Made by a program: the position numbers and the translations under genes
Shown here: positions 15,085 through 39,765 of the stretch, one piece after another
How positions within the stretch are numbered: the first letter of the stretch is position 1
Layout: each line of letters opens with the position of its first letter
NCBI GenBank assembly: GCA_002269645.1
Contig: NIVC01000667.1
Coordinates: 62,001 to 126,000, forward strand
Direction: 5' to 3'
Length of the DNA: 64,000 nucleotides
From: Macrostomum lignano
Lineage: Eukaryota
Notes under the pieces: generated by a model
Told to the model about the DNA's origin: nothing
The model's input: only the letters and a program-made list of their open reading frames with translations
Databases searched by the model: none

Positions 15085-15655
15085 AACCAAACAGAACCCT
15101 AGTCAAAACCAAACAGAACCCTAGTCAAAACCAAACAGAACCCTACTCAAAACCAAACGGCTCCCTACTCAAAACCAAACGGCACCCTACTCAAAATCAA
15201 ACAACGCCCTACTCAAAATCAAACGGCGCCCTACTCAAAACCAAACGGCACCCTACTCAAAATCAAACCGCACCCTACTCAAAATCAAACCGCACCCTAC
15301 TCAAAACCAAACGGCACCCTACTCAAAATCAAACGGCACCCTACTCAAAATCAAACGGCACCCTACTCAAAACCAAACGGCACCCTACTCAAAATCAAAC
15401 GGCACCCTACTCAAAATCAAACGGCACCCTACTCAAAACCAAACGGCATTCTACTCAAAACCAAACGGCACCCTACTCAAAATCAAACCGCACCCTACTC
15501 AAAATCAAACCGCACCCTACTCAAAACCAAACGGCACCCTACTCACAACCAAACGGCTCCCTACTCAAAACCAAACGGCACCCTACTCACAACCAAACGG
15601 CTCCCTACTCAAAATCAAACCGCACCCTACTAAAACCCAAACGGTACCCTACTCA
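15085..15655. repeat. 22-bp minisatellite CCCTACTCAAAAYCAAACGGCA
   Basis: Direct inspection. Confidence 0.93.
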
Positions 15656-15962
15656 AACGAGCTGTATTGCTCCAATCAGCAGAGCTTAGTTGTCATTCCG
15701 AGTCCTCTGTCTGCAGCACTCCCCGGTCTGAAAGACGGACAGGCAGACATTATATCTGTGCTCATTGGCGCGCTCCCCACAAGATTTCAGGTTTGTTTGC
15801 CCAATGAACAGATGCATCGGCTGGGTGTCGCAGTTAGTCAGAAGTCTTTTTAGGGCATGCAGTAAGAAGGTTCAGTGCCGGAACGGAAACTCGCAGGATT
15901 TTAAACGCCTAGAATTATATACCAGACTGCTTGTATTGCGCTCCTAGGAGTTTTTACCCAGC

Positions 15963-26731
<10,769 letters not shown>

Positions 26732-26777
26732 GCTCTGGCCCGCGTGCTACAATTGACTTTTCTGTGAACTTAGTACT

Positions 26778-26850
<73 letters not shown>

Positions 26851-26940
26851 GGACAGACAGACAGACGGACAGACAGACAGACAGACACACACACAGACGG
26901 ACAGACAGACAGACACACAGACAGACAGACACACACACAG

Positions 26941-26971
<31 letters not shown>

Positions 26972-26972
26972 C

Positions 26973-27015
<43 letters not shown>

Positions 27016-27048
27016 TACAGACAGACAGACACACAGACAGACAGACAC

Positions 27049-27089
<41 letters not shown>

Positions 27090-27127
27090 TAGACAGACAG
27101 ACAGACACACAGACAGACAGACACACA

Positions 27128-27195
<68 letters not shown>

Positions 27196-27212
27196 CACAG
27201 ACAGACAGACAC

Positions 27213-27263
<51 letters not shown>

Positions 27264-27492
27264 CACACACAGACGGACAGACAGACAGACACACAGACAG
27301 ACAGACACACACACAGACAGACGGACAGACAGACACACAGACAGACACACACACAGACAGACGGACAGACAGACAGACAGACACACAGACAGACAGACGG
27401 ACAAGACAGACAGACGGACAGACACACAGACAGACAGACACACAGACAGACAGACACACAGACAGACACACAGACAGACAGACAGACAGACA
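26778..27492. repeat. (CAGA)n microsatellite just 3' of the GluCl-like stop
   Basis: Direct inspection. Confidence 0.95.
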
Positions 27493-28149
27493 TGCATAGG
27501 TAGAAAATGGTTCTTACACTTATATCAGTACCGAGAAACATACTTCATGTACATGTATATATTCGCATGCATCATGCTACTAACAGTAGACAATGCATAT
27601 TATCAGTAGACAGTAGCCACTTTCTTCTAAGTAAACTTTAACAGAATTTTTTTTAGAAAATATAAATTGAAACTGATAAATAGCACTACTTATTGTCAGC
27701 AGCGCTAGCGCACATAATCCGTCAATTTAAAATCGTGCCTGTCAAGTTGCTGTGTGCAATGATTAACGCACTTCCAGCAGGAAATTCCAGTTCCAAACCC
27801 GATCAGCTCTGCCTTGGAATCCGGGTGGAACGGGTCAGGGAATAATGTAAAGGATTTAGAGAAAGAGAGGAAAGACTGTTTGAGAATAGATTTGAGTACG
27901 CTTTGCTTCCTGACTATACATTTTCGCTTGCACCTATACGAGCACAAGTCTATGTTGTACGAGCATGAGCTATACTCAAGTCAAGTATGTGTCAGTTCCA
28001 ACTGCAGTGCAGAGTGCAGATTTGCTAGCTTACATTGAAAGGTCAAATTTCTGTCATACTAAATCAAACAGCTTAGTTCGGAAACAACTTTACAAGTCTC
28101 GTGTAACTTTAAATAATCTCATGATTTGACTGCACAGATTCGTTCAGAA

Positions 28150-29515
28150 CCTACCCCTAGAATCGGCCCTAGACTACACTAATAGAATCAGCCCTAGGCA
28201 ACAAACACTAAGAGAATCGGCCCTAGACGACAAACACTAATAGAATCGGCCCTAGACTACACTAAGAGAATTGGCCCTAGACTACACTAAGAGAATCGGC
28301 CCTAGAGAACAAACACTAAGAGAATCGGCCCTAGACTACACTAAGAGAATCGGCCCTAGACTACACTAATAGAATCGGCCCTAGACTACACTAAGAGAAT
28401 CGGCCCTAGACTACACTAATAGAATCAGCCCTAGGCAACAAACACTAAGAGAATCGGCCCTAGACGACAAACACTAATAGAATCGGCCCTAGACTACACT
28501 AAGAGAATTGGCCCTAGACTACACTAAGAGAATCGGCCCTAGAGAACAAACACTAAGAGAATCGGCCCTAGACTACACTAAGAGAATCGGCCCTAGACTA
28601 CACTAAGAGAATCGGCCCTAGACTACACTAATAGAATCGGCCCTAGACTACACTAAGAGAATCGGCCCTAGACTACACTAAGAGAATCGGCCCTAGACTA
28701 CAAACACTAATAGAATCGGCCCTAGACTACACTAAGAGAATTGGCCCTAGACTACACTAAGAGAATCGGCCCTAGAGAACAAACACTAAGAGAATCGGCC
28801 CTAGACTACACTAAGAGAATCGGCCCTAGACTACACTAAGAGAATCGGCCCTAGACTACACTAATAGAATCGGCCCTAGACTACACTAAGAGAATCGGCC
28901 CTAGACTACACTAAGAGAATCGGCCCTAGACTACACTAAGAGAATCGGCCCTAGAGAACAAACACTAAGAGAATCGGCCCTAGACTACACTAAGAGAATC
29001 GGCCCTAGACTACACTAAGAGAATCGGCCCTAGACTACACTAAGAGAATCGGCCCTAGACTACACTAAGAGAATCGGCCCTAGACTACACTAAGAGAATC
29101 GGCCCTAGACTACACTAAGAGAATCGGCCCTAGACTACACTAAGAGAATCGGCCCTAGACTACACTAAGAGAATCGGCCCTAGACTACACTAATAGAATC
29201 GGCCCTAGACTACACTAAGAGAATCGGCCCTAGACTACACTAAGAGAATCGGCCCTAGACTACACTAAGAGAATCGGCCCTAGAGAACAAACACTAAGAG
29301 AATCGGCCCTAGACTACACTAAGAGAATCGGCCCTAGACTACACTAAGAGAATCGGCCCTAGACTACACTAAGAGAATCGGCCCTAGACTACACTAATGG
29401 AATCGGCCCTAGACTACACTAATGGAATCGGCCTTAGACTACACTAATGGAATCGGCCTTAGACTACACTAATGGAATCGGCCTTAGACTACACTAATGG
29501 AATCGGTCATAGACT
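28150..29515. repeat. 25-bp minisatellite GAGAATCGGCCCTAGACTACACTAA with longer variants and higher-order structure
   Basis: Direct inspection. Confidence 0.95.
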
Positions 29516-30329
29516 GCCTAATGAAAACCACGCCTAAACCACAAAACCGGGTCTAAAGTCACGCCTCAGAAAGTTTAAACAGGAAAGAAGCAAAAAGTTT
29601 CAAACTAGCATGGACTTGAACTTCTGAACTGAAATGATACTTCTGTCTGTATAACAGCCACTAAAATATAGTTACTTAAAATCGTATATTTTGCCATAAA
29701 TTTTGTCAAAGACGCAAAAGCAAAAGTCAGTTGGGACTTTCGCTGAGTTTAGAATATTGGCATTTCTATGGAACACAGTACAGTCTTTCTCTGCAGTAGT
29801 CACAAAGATTGCATTTTTAATGACAAAGAGATAAACAATTAATTAACCTCACTGAAAGAGCACCCGTTTCTAGTGAAACAAATAGTTACTTTATTAACCA
29901 TTTATGCAATTCCATACATTCCTTAAATTCATACGCCAATTAGATAACGACGGTTTAGCAGCCAAAAGCAAAGACATAGTTACTCGCGCCGTTTACCCTG
30001 AATAAGAAATAAAATTGAAACATTTTCCATACGTTTAAGCAATTAAAGAAAATGATACCATATTTACATACACAAAGAATAAAACACTTTAAAGGTAGCG
30101 CCCTCTCGACTGACTGACGCAAAAGCGATGAGGGATTTAAATTAACAAGTTATTAATAATTTACAAACTGAAATTACCAAGAATATTTTTTCTAACTTAA
30201 TCAATCACTCGTGTTACAGAAAGTAGATACCCACTGGTTCACTAGGCGCTTGTAAACGGATTTAGTGACAACTTTTAGGTACATTTAGAATAGATTTTAG
30301 GTAGTTTTTAGTGCCGATTTTATGTAGAT

Positions 30330-30680
30330 TTGGGAGCGATGTTTAGGTATAGTTAGGGTCAGTTTTTAGGTAAATTTATAGGCGGTTTTCAGGTTAGATC
30401 TAGGCGCGGTTGTTAGGTCTATTTAGGGGAGTTTTAGGTTAGATTTAAAGATAATTTTTAGTTTAGATTTAGAAGCGATTTTAGGTAGATTTAGGGGGGT
30501 GGTTTTTAGGTTACATCTATGGGCGGTTTTTAGGTAGATCTAGGAGCGGTTTTTAGGTAGATCTAGGGGCGGTTTTTAGGTAGATCTATGGGCGGTTTTT
30601 AGGTAGATCTAGGGGCGGTTTTTAGGTAGATCTAGGGGCGGTTTTTAGGTTAGATTCAGGGTCGGTTGTTAGGTATATCT
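30330..30680. repeat. Degenerate ~23-bp repeat GTTTTTAGGTAGATCTAGGGGCG
   Basis: About five good units plus degenerate flanks. Confidence 0.8.
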
Positions 30681-30861
30681 AAAGGCGATTTTGAGATTTT
30701 TTAGGAGAGCTGGTTGAGTAAACAATCCAGATTTTGGTGGCCGCATATTTGACTTCTGAGAACTAAAGAACAATAAAAAATATACAACACACCAGAGTCA
30801 TCTCTCAGCTCTACAGTTCTCAGTTAAGTGGGCAAAAAGAATTCCATAATTAAAATCTCTC

Positions 30862-32771
30862 CTAGGAGGATTTCGAAGATGAAGAAGAACCCTGCTGCGG
30901 TTTAATCAGATTCAACAGCAGCGGATGATCGGGAGGCGCATCCGTGAACACCTGGCTACCTATTGAGGCCTGGTCTGATTGGTACAGCCGTATCTGTTGC
31001 GACTGACGATGGAGCACCAGCTTACAGAAGCCGAGATCGGTGATTTCAAAATCTATGCCAGAATTTGCTTGCTGCGCCTGATCGTTGCTGCTACTAGTAG
31101 AAGCAGCGTCGGCAGTTAAAAATGGCCGCCCATTGGCCGGGTCAATGAAGTCCGACCAGAAGCCCTCCTGCCGGAGAGCCTGACAGATCTCGCTGGCAGT
31201 CATGACTAGGGAGTCGAGCAGGCTCTGATGCAGCTGGCTGGGAGGCTGGGCGGCGTCTCGACCTCGATGAGCAACGGTGATGACTGTGAGGCTGTCCAGG
31301 CTTCGCCTAGGGAACAGTGCGGTCAGGTGTTTCTTCAGCACCTGGGGACAGGCGGCCAGGGAGAACTCGACACCTGCGGCGGCTCGGGGATAGGAGCCGA
31401 CTGGGAAGGTCTCCTCCACCTGGGGGTATGGTCACGTGATAACAGAAGGATGCCACTGTAATAATAATGCTTATAAAGATGTTTCGGTCAGTTAGTGAAA
31501 AATCACATATTGGGAGACTGGCTCATCAATTGAGGATCTGGGAGACTGGGTCTGGCATGGCAGCAACTGAGGATCTGGGAGGCCATCTCGGCAACTGCGG
31601 ACCTGGGAGGCTGACCCAGCAACTGAGGATCTGGAAGGCTGGCCCAGCAACTGAGGATCTGGGAGGCTGGCCCAGCAACTGACACTGTGGGAGGCTGGCC
31701 CAGCAACTGACACTGTGGGAGGCTGGCCCAGCAACTGACACTGTGGGAGGCTGGCCCAGCAACTGAGGATCTGGGAGGCTGGCCCAGCAACTGACACTGT
31801 GGGAGGCTGGTGGTCCAGCAACTGAGGATCTGGGTCTGGGAGGCTGGCCCAGCAACTGACACTGTGGGAGGCTGGTGGTCCAGCAACTGAGGATCTGGGA
31901 GGCTGGCCCAGCAACTGAGGATCTAGAAGGCTGGCCCAGCAACTGAGGATCTAGAAGGCTGGTCCAGCAACTGAGGATCTAGAAGGCTGGTCCAGCAACT
32001 GAGGATCTAGAAGGCTGATGGCCCAGCAACGCAGCAACTGAGGATTTAGGAGGCTGGTGGCCAGCAACTGAGGATTTGGGAGGCTGGTGGCCAGCAACTG
32101 AGGATCTGGGAGGCTGGTGGCCAGCAACTGAGGATTTGGGAGGCTGATGGCCAGCAACTGAGGATTTGGGAGGCTGATGGCCCAGCAACACAGCAACTGA
32201 GGATTTGGGAGGCTGGTGGCCAGCAACTGAGGATCTGGGAGGCTGGTGGCCCAGCAACACAGCAACTGAGGATTTGGGAGGCTGGTGGCCAGCAACTGAG
32301 AATTTAGAAGGCTGGCCCAGCAAGTGAGGATCTGCTGCAGCAAGGTTTACCCACCAGATTGAAGGCCTCCTGCACAGTCTTGGACCGCTCGCTATCCAGA
32401 CAGGGCGGCAGCACAGACACGGCAGGCAGGGCGGAGGGCGGCAGAACAAACGGTGGCGGAGCAGTGGCGGCGGCAGCGGCACGCTTTCGCTCAGCCAGCA
32501 GCTGGTGATCGAAGTCCTCGTGGCCGATGCCAACACCGCCCGGCAGAGGGCACCGGGTGTGCGGTTCCAGCACGGCCATCCGCCAGGAGAAGCTGGCGCC
32601 GCTGGTCCCAACTGGCACTCCGGCAGTGGAATGCACCGTGGCGGTGGTTGCCGTGGTTGCTAGGCAACGCCGCCAGACGCTGACTCTGGCGGCGCTGGTG
32701 GCAGTGAAACAAAGTGTAGAATTGATACCGCGCCACATGCTGCTAACACTGTGACAGCTGCTAGTTGGCAT
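30862..32771 (-). CDS. MMADHC: Cobalamin trafficking protein CblD homolog, 2 coding exons
   Basis: Exons 32771..32355 ([15 protein letters not shown], similar to the MMADHC QRFQLPGNIG motif) and 31419..30862 ([21 protein letters not shown]...[10 protein letters not shown]...GSQVFTDA). Phase-0 intron CTG|GTGGGT...CCCCCAG|GTG. Confidence 0.88.
31510..32335. repeat. 28-bp minisatellite GAGGATCTGGGAGGCTGGCCCAGCAACT in the MMADHC intron
   Basis: Direct inspection; same family as 44581..45685. Confidence 0.93.
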
Positions 32772-35700
32772 GGCAACTGTGAATAATCTGAGCTGAAAAT
32801 TTTTGTTCAAAAAAATAAGTAAAACAATAAATTGGAAATGTAAAACTAAGCAAAATTTAAATAATGACAAAGCATGAATAGGGACCCATAGTCTTGAAGA
32901 GGTCAGGTATTAATGCCCAAATAAAGTGGCTATATGCTACAGAATTACAATACAGTGACATTTTACAATGTTGCAAAAAAGGTAAAGGTAAATTAAAACT
33001 GAAAATTGAAATTGCTTCCTTTTTTTATTTATCAAGCATTTATACCATCAATAGCAAATATTTACAAAAAGAAAGCAAATTGTTCATATTAAATACATGT
33101 ATGCTACTTAATTTAGTAGTATACCCAAAATTAATTTAATATTAATCTTCATTCCTAAGCCACCTTTAAATTCAAACTATGGGGTCTATATATGTCTAAA
33201 AACCTAGCTAATTTAACTGAAATAAATCATAATAGACTAATGGACATCACAAAATTTAACTTTTATTATTGAAAATATTATATGGCAAATTTAAATATTT
33301 TGTTTTTGTTTTTGGATAAGTCATAATACTAAGTTGCATTTTAGTCAATACTTAATAAGCTTTGTAACATGTCCAACACCTAGCCAACTTGGCTAATTTG
33401 GCTAGATTGTAAGAGGTCTAGCCAAGGTAAGTTGCAAAAATGCCAACCCAAAAATATAAACATAGACATAGTAGGCCTACTAATGCTAATTAGATGATAA
33501 GGCATTTAGCCTAAAAACTATAGTCATAGTTACTTCTGCCATTTAACCAAAATTATATGCCTTTGATTTCTTTTATAGGTAAATCATGTTTTGGTCAAAA
33601 AGAAAGTCACATGACTAGATAAATTTTCAAAGTTAAACATTTATACTTTATAATATGACCAAATCACAATAGAAGTTGTGCATAAATGATGAAAACCAAA
33701 TATACACTGCTCTTTATCACAAAAAATTTCATAAACCACAACCAAAATTTTGGCCTATATAAACCAAAATTTAAGTATATAAGTCATTTTTGATAATAAC
33801 TTGAATTTTGATAAAAACAAATAAACAAAAATTGAATACATTTATAACTAAAACAATTAACAAATAATGAAATATAAACAAATAGTATATATTTTAAATT
33901 ACTACTACCAAAAATTATTCTAATAGTTAAGCTTTGTTTTATTAGGTACTAGTCTATTCATCTGCTGGCTATTTGTCTACAGGCAGAAAAATGATCTAAA
34001 ATTGAATTTTTGTTTTTATTTTTAAGAGGTGTTGCACTAATAAGCAAAAAGATTCCAAACTGTTTTTCACTTATGTTTTTCAAATTATATTCCAATTATT
34101 TCCAAATTATGTTTACAATTATATTCCAAAAACAAATAAAAAGTTGGCTTTGTTAAAAGTGTATACTTTCTTAGAATTTTTATATGAAGCTTTACGCTGT
34201 TACGCATTTTTGCCCTTTGTGGTGCATTTGAACGCATTTTTAGCGCATTTAGAATATTTGGAAATTCAGAGTTAAGTGCTGCTAGTGCATAGGCATTTTT
34301 GCGAGTGACACATTAAATGACTATAACAAAGTTAAGAACTCTACCATGCTAAGTAACTGCAATTTCTGTTCCAATATGACTTGTTACTAAAGCATCTGTT
34401 GCAGAAGCATCTTGTCACCAAAGTGTCCAGAAACCTATATTAATTACCACATCGATGTAGGACCAAGATTGCCACATACCAAGACTGCTACATTTGGGGG
34501 AGCTAGAAGAGAAATTTGGCTTAATGTGTTATTAGATGGTGCTAGAAAGGAGACGAGTGGGTAGGAAAGCCAGTAGGACAAGGCTGCAAGAAAGAAACTT
34601 ATGGGGCTATGAGAGGAATAGCAATGCTAGAAGATTGGTAGCTCCCCCTTAATACCAGTAGCCAGTAATAGCTGTGGCAGTCTTAGTCATGTCACCACAT
34701 CTACTATTTAGCACTGGCAGACAAATAGTCCAGCAGACAAATAGGCCTAGTCTTAGATCTGTTTTATTAGGCTATCAAAAATTAAATAATTTTAGACTAA
34801 AATTAAATATTTTTAAATTAAATATTTTAAACTTTTAAATAGGCCTAAACAATATTCATAATCATAGTTAGGCCTAGTCATTTCAGATTTTATCTTTTGA
34901 AAAAAATAGTTGGAATGCTATATGCTTATATAAGTAAGGGCTAGGCCTAAATAAGGATGGTCTGTCAGTTTATAGGCTAGGTTATTATTTCAGATTCTGA
35001 TTAAGGCTAGGCCTAGCCTATATGATTTTGAAGCTAAATTAAGTTTCTAAATCCCTTAGTAAATCCCTTAATCCCTTAGCCTTGACCCATAAAATGATAA
35101 AGTAAAAGTTGCAAGTTAGGCCTACTTACAAAAATTGCAAAACTGCTTTAAAGTTTTTTTATAAAATAATTACATTGTTATTACTAATTATATGTCCATA
35201 GAGCCTCGGCCTAATCCATATAGGGCCTATTGGTTTATTCTTATGACTCTTAATATTATCTTGGTTTCTTGGCTTGGGCCTATTAACTAATTTAATTTGT
35301 TTTTTAACAAGAATTGTTGAAATAGAGAATTAATTAGCCTAAAATTAAAAAGAAGGAAATTTGATAATGTATAGTTACCAGCCCAGAAAGACCAACAGAC
35401 AGAAACATCCGTGGTCTCATTCAGGGCAAAGCAATGCATAAATTAAAATAGGCCTACGTCTATTTAGTATCCGCCAAGCCCCACTCGAATTATATAGGCT
35501 ACTGTTCTCCGAAAGCAGAAACCGGATTTCTATTTACAAAAGTTTTACGAACCAGAAATCGCCAATCAGAAAACAAGAACAAACCCGTATACGCTTGCGT
35601 CTCATTCAAATGCTATTTTGGGCCAACGCCAATTCGTCATATCGAGCATTAGCGTTGAATAAATAAGCAGCGTTTTTGTACAGGTTTGTTTTTGTTTCTT

Positions 35701-36482
35701 AGAGCTTGTAATAAAATCTTAAGCTCTAGTTTGCAGCGCTTTTATAGAGCCCTTTATCGATTGGTCTTGCCCTTTAAAGGCCCAATTAAAGTGCTGCAGA
35801 AGCTAGAGCTTCGGATTTTTAATACAAGCTCTAAAAAGCCATGAATTTTCGATAAAAGTGCAATTTCACAAAAAGGTGCATATGTACACAATACACATGC
35901 AGCATCCCAATTGTCAGTATATCAGAGTGAGAAGGCTCTTTCTTCAATCAAACTTTCCGGCGTTTAATAGAAAGCTTTAAAAAAAGTGCTAAATATAACA
36001 TGAGACTCCTACATCTCCAAAGACGGTCCGAGAGTCGAAGATCTCATGGTACGAGGTTGGCCCAGCAACTGCATAACGGTTTGACCAGGTGTATGTTTAC
36101 CCTAAGTCCCTAACAAAAAGTATATACAGTATATGCGAGGGTAAGCAACTGTAGATACACATGTACATGTATTCAGGCGAACAAATAACAGCATAAATAA
36201 CAATACACATATTTTAAAATTCTCATCGAAAACGTCGTGGAGCAAAGCAATAGACCAGCACTCGGCTGCTATAGAGATCGTCTCATAATATATTTTGAAG
36301 TTCAGATTTTCAAATGGCAAAATAATTTCAGTCCCCACATGTGGTGGACAAAACTAAAACTCCGCATTTTAAGAGTCAGAAAGTTTTCTCAGTTCAGCTC
36401 AACAAAGCAAGTTCGATGCGCTAATGCGAAAATGCAAACAGCTAAGCTGTCCATAAGCTTTGCAAGAAGATTGGCATGCCAC

Positions 36483-37679
36483 TTAAGCCAGATTTTCGTT
36501 GCTGAAAAAATAGTGATAGGACGTCGGTCCGACCACAAACGGCTCGGCTGCATTTAAAGGTAGTCGTCCGCGTGGCGAGTCGCTTTTAGCAGCGGCAGCG
36601 GCGGTGGCAGCGGACACCGCGGCGCCGGCTGCGGCGGCTGACGAAGCCGATGGCCAAGCTTCGGCGCAGTTCTTGCCTTCGCAGTGTTTTTGCTGTTGCT
36701 GCTGTTGCTGCTGTTGTTGCTGCTGCTGCTGCTGTTGCTGGTTCTCCTGCTCCTGCTGCTTGCTAGCTTTACGCTGTTCCAGCTTCTGTTGCAGAGTAAC
36801 AGGAGTCTCTGACTCTGCCTGAGTCTTGCTTGTGCAGCTGGTGCACGGGCCGCACGGTCCGCCGCCTGCAAGATGCATGTACATGTAGTTTAGAGGTAAA
36901 AATCCATACAAATACCTACTAATTGGAAACAAGAGTCAGTAACGATTCTCACCTCGATATCCGTCGACACTATTTGGATAGCAGAAAGTTGGTTTACTCT
37001 TCTCTACATCTGCTGGCGAAGGATTAACCCGACCGTCCGGACGGTACACGTTCGGTGCTGCTGGAGGCAGCTGTTGCTGCTGCTGTGGCTGCGGCGGTGG
37101 CATTTCCTGCATCGGCTCTTCCGGGCAATCTCGATACCGGTTGTAGTAGTAGTACCGGCTGTAATCATCAGGTTGATGATACTGCGACGATGGGGGCGGC
37201 GGCGGTGGCGGCTGGCGCCTTGGCCACGAACGATTCATCAGTGAAGGACGACCGCCGCGGCCGTAGTAACCGTAGTCGGGCTGAAGTGGTGCGCAAGTGG
37301 CGTTGATCAATGTAATCAAATATTTACCTGCTAGTACACAGCATGCATGTTTACTAACCTCTGAATCGTAATCGTCGTAACGCTGCGGCGGGGGCGGTGG
37401 CGGTGGACGGTACCTGCTGCCGTACATGTCAACTTCTGGTTGGTGAGTCGTCGGCGGCATTTGCATTCGATGAATGCCTACGGGCGGTTGTGGGAGTTGC
37501 TGCTGCTGGTACTGCTGCTGTGGCTGCTGCGGCTGTGGTTGAGGTATCTGCGGAGGCACCCATGAAGTTGGTTGAGTTTGAGTATTATGTTGATTCTCTA
37601 ATTTGCAAGCTTCCTTGTGGCGCGTGATTAACGAGTCGAAGTACTTCTGGTACTGCTCGAACACGTTGCTGTTAGACAT
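36483..37679 (-). CDS. Low-complexity Pro/Gln/Tyr-rich protein of unknown function (~343 aa, 3 exons)
   Basis: Exons 37679..37359, 37280..36953 and 36865..36483, with GT-AG introns of 78 and 87 nt and concordant phases. GC-rich, coding-like composition; no recognised domain. Confidence 0.55.
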
Positions 37680-38039
37680 GATGATGGATCTTGGCTGCTC
37701 GCTTGCGCTATCGAATATTGTGCCGATTAACTTTCCGACTGCCCGAGCTAAAAAGCTATAATGCAACGCCTAACTGTATGAAATGGTTTCCTCGGGCCAG
37801 CTCCAACAGTCTATGGCCTGAACAAACAAACTCCTAAGACACAGTATCGAATGTAAGACTAGACTTGAGATTTAGTCAATAAAATCTGTCTGTGGGCTGC
37901 GTAGGATTGACTTTTGAATCAATAAAAATGTTATTGTTGTACTTTTAGCTAAAAGACGAACAAGTTCAATAAGTCTAAAAATTGGATCGTTCACACAGCC
38001 ATGAATGTAAATGTACTCCCAATGCTGACTCAGTCTTTT

Positions 38040-38965
38040 CCAAACCTGGAAGTCGCATCAAGGCTGACTCTACCAAACCGGAAGTCACACCAAGTTGACT
38101 TGTTCCCACACCGGAAGTCACACCAAGTTGACTTGTTCCCACACCGGAAGTCACATCAAGTTGACTTGTTCCCACACCGGAAGTCACACCAAGTTGACTT
38201 GTACCTACACTGGAAGTCACATCAAGTTGACTTGTTCCCACACCGGAAGTCACGCCAAGTTGACTTGTTCCCACACCGGAAGTCACACCAAGTTGACTTG
38301 TTCCCACACCGGAAGTCACACCAAGTTGACTTGTTCCCACACCGGAAGTCACACCAAGTTGACTTGTTCCCACACTGGAAGTCACACCAAGTTGACTTGT
38401 TCCCACACCGGAAGTCACACCAAGTTGACTTGTACCTACACCGGAAGTCACATCAAGTTGACTTGTTCCCAAACCGGAAGTCACATCAAGTTGACTTGTT
38501 TCCACACCGGAAGTCACACCAAGTTGACTTGTTCCCACACCGGAAGTCACACCAAGTTGACTTGTACCTACACCGGAAGTCACATCAAGTTGACTTGTTC
38601 CCACACCGGAAGTCACATCAAGTTGACTTGTTCCCACACCGGAAGTCACACCAAGTTGACTTGTTCCCACACCGGAAGTCACACCAAGTTGACTTGTTCC
38701 CACACCGGAAGTCACACCAAGTTGACTTGTTCCCACACCGGAAGTCACACCAAGTTGACTTGTTCCCACACCGGAAGTCACACCAAGTTGACTTGTTCCC
38801 ACACCGGAAGTCACACCAAGTTGACTTGTTTCCACACCGGAAGTCACACCAAGTTGACTTGTTCCCACACCGGAAGTCACACCAAGTTGACTTGTTCCCA
38901 CACCGGAAGTCACACCAAGTTGACTTGTTCCCACACCGGAAGTCACACCAGGCTGACTTGTTTCT
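38040..38965. repeat. 33-bp minisatellite ACCGGAAGTCACACCAAGTTGACTTGTTCCCAC (~28 copies)
   Basis: Direct inspection; the ORFs here have an 11-aa period. Confidence 0.95.
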
Positions 38966-39765
38966 AAAACGGAAGAGTCAGTAAGTTGACTCTTACCAGT
39001 CCTTATAGCAAAATCATTGCTAGGCCTTCAAAACCCCATTATACTACAATTTAGAATACCTTGTATAAAATAATTTACGGAAAAAAATTAAACACGAAAA
39101 TCAAGCTTTATACAACGATTAATTTCGTCGGAAAGCTCAATAGCTCAATTGCATGGTTCACTATTGAAAAATACGCACATAATATTAAGATACACAAATC
39201 AGACCAGTTATTACACGCGAGCCAATTAAACAAGGTCAAATTATGAACAGTTTCAACAAGATGAAGAAAATAGGTGATCATTTGAATTTTTTTAAAGCAT
39301 AAATACGCTACACATACAACGCACACGGATGTAATGCAACGAAATTTAGTAAATTTCAGGCCACGGTATATATATATATATATTAAATACAAATTTCGGT
39401 TCCGTATATTAACCAATTTCCTAATCGTCTGTTACGCACTTGAAGACAGAGCTCGACAGGCTCAATGCAACAAACAAACAGATGAGTGCAGAAATTATTA
39501 ATTAACAGATTAACAATGGCAATTTATTTAAAAAAAAGTCAAGCAAATAACAGTATTTTTTGTTTAACAGCTTAAAAACCAGAAATAGACAAAACTACGC
39601 GTAAGTACTGTAAGCTGTTAAGCTTTACCTAGAAGCCAAGAGTCTAAGCATACACAGGTGTGTAGCTTGCGTATGAAGCATAAATTAACAAATTATGGAA
39701 TTAATGATGATAATAAAATAAATGTCTACTAAGCCTGGCGATAGCTTGGCTTGCTCATACAAGCG

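Noticed and set aside
36016-36100. Possible spliced-leader RNA gene (AAAGACGGTC...CGAAGATCTCATG|GT)
   Set aside because: Only patchy similarity to the recalled leader, with no 5' ACCGT hairpin arm and no recognisable U-rich Sm site.
28150-38965. 25-33-bp repeats as possible CRISPR arrays
   Set aside because: The units are head-to-tail with no unique spacers, there are no cas genes, and the context is eukaryotic.
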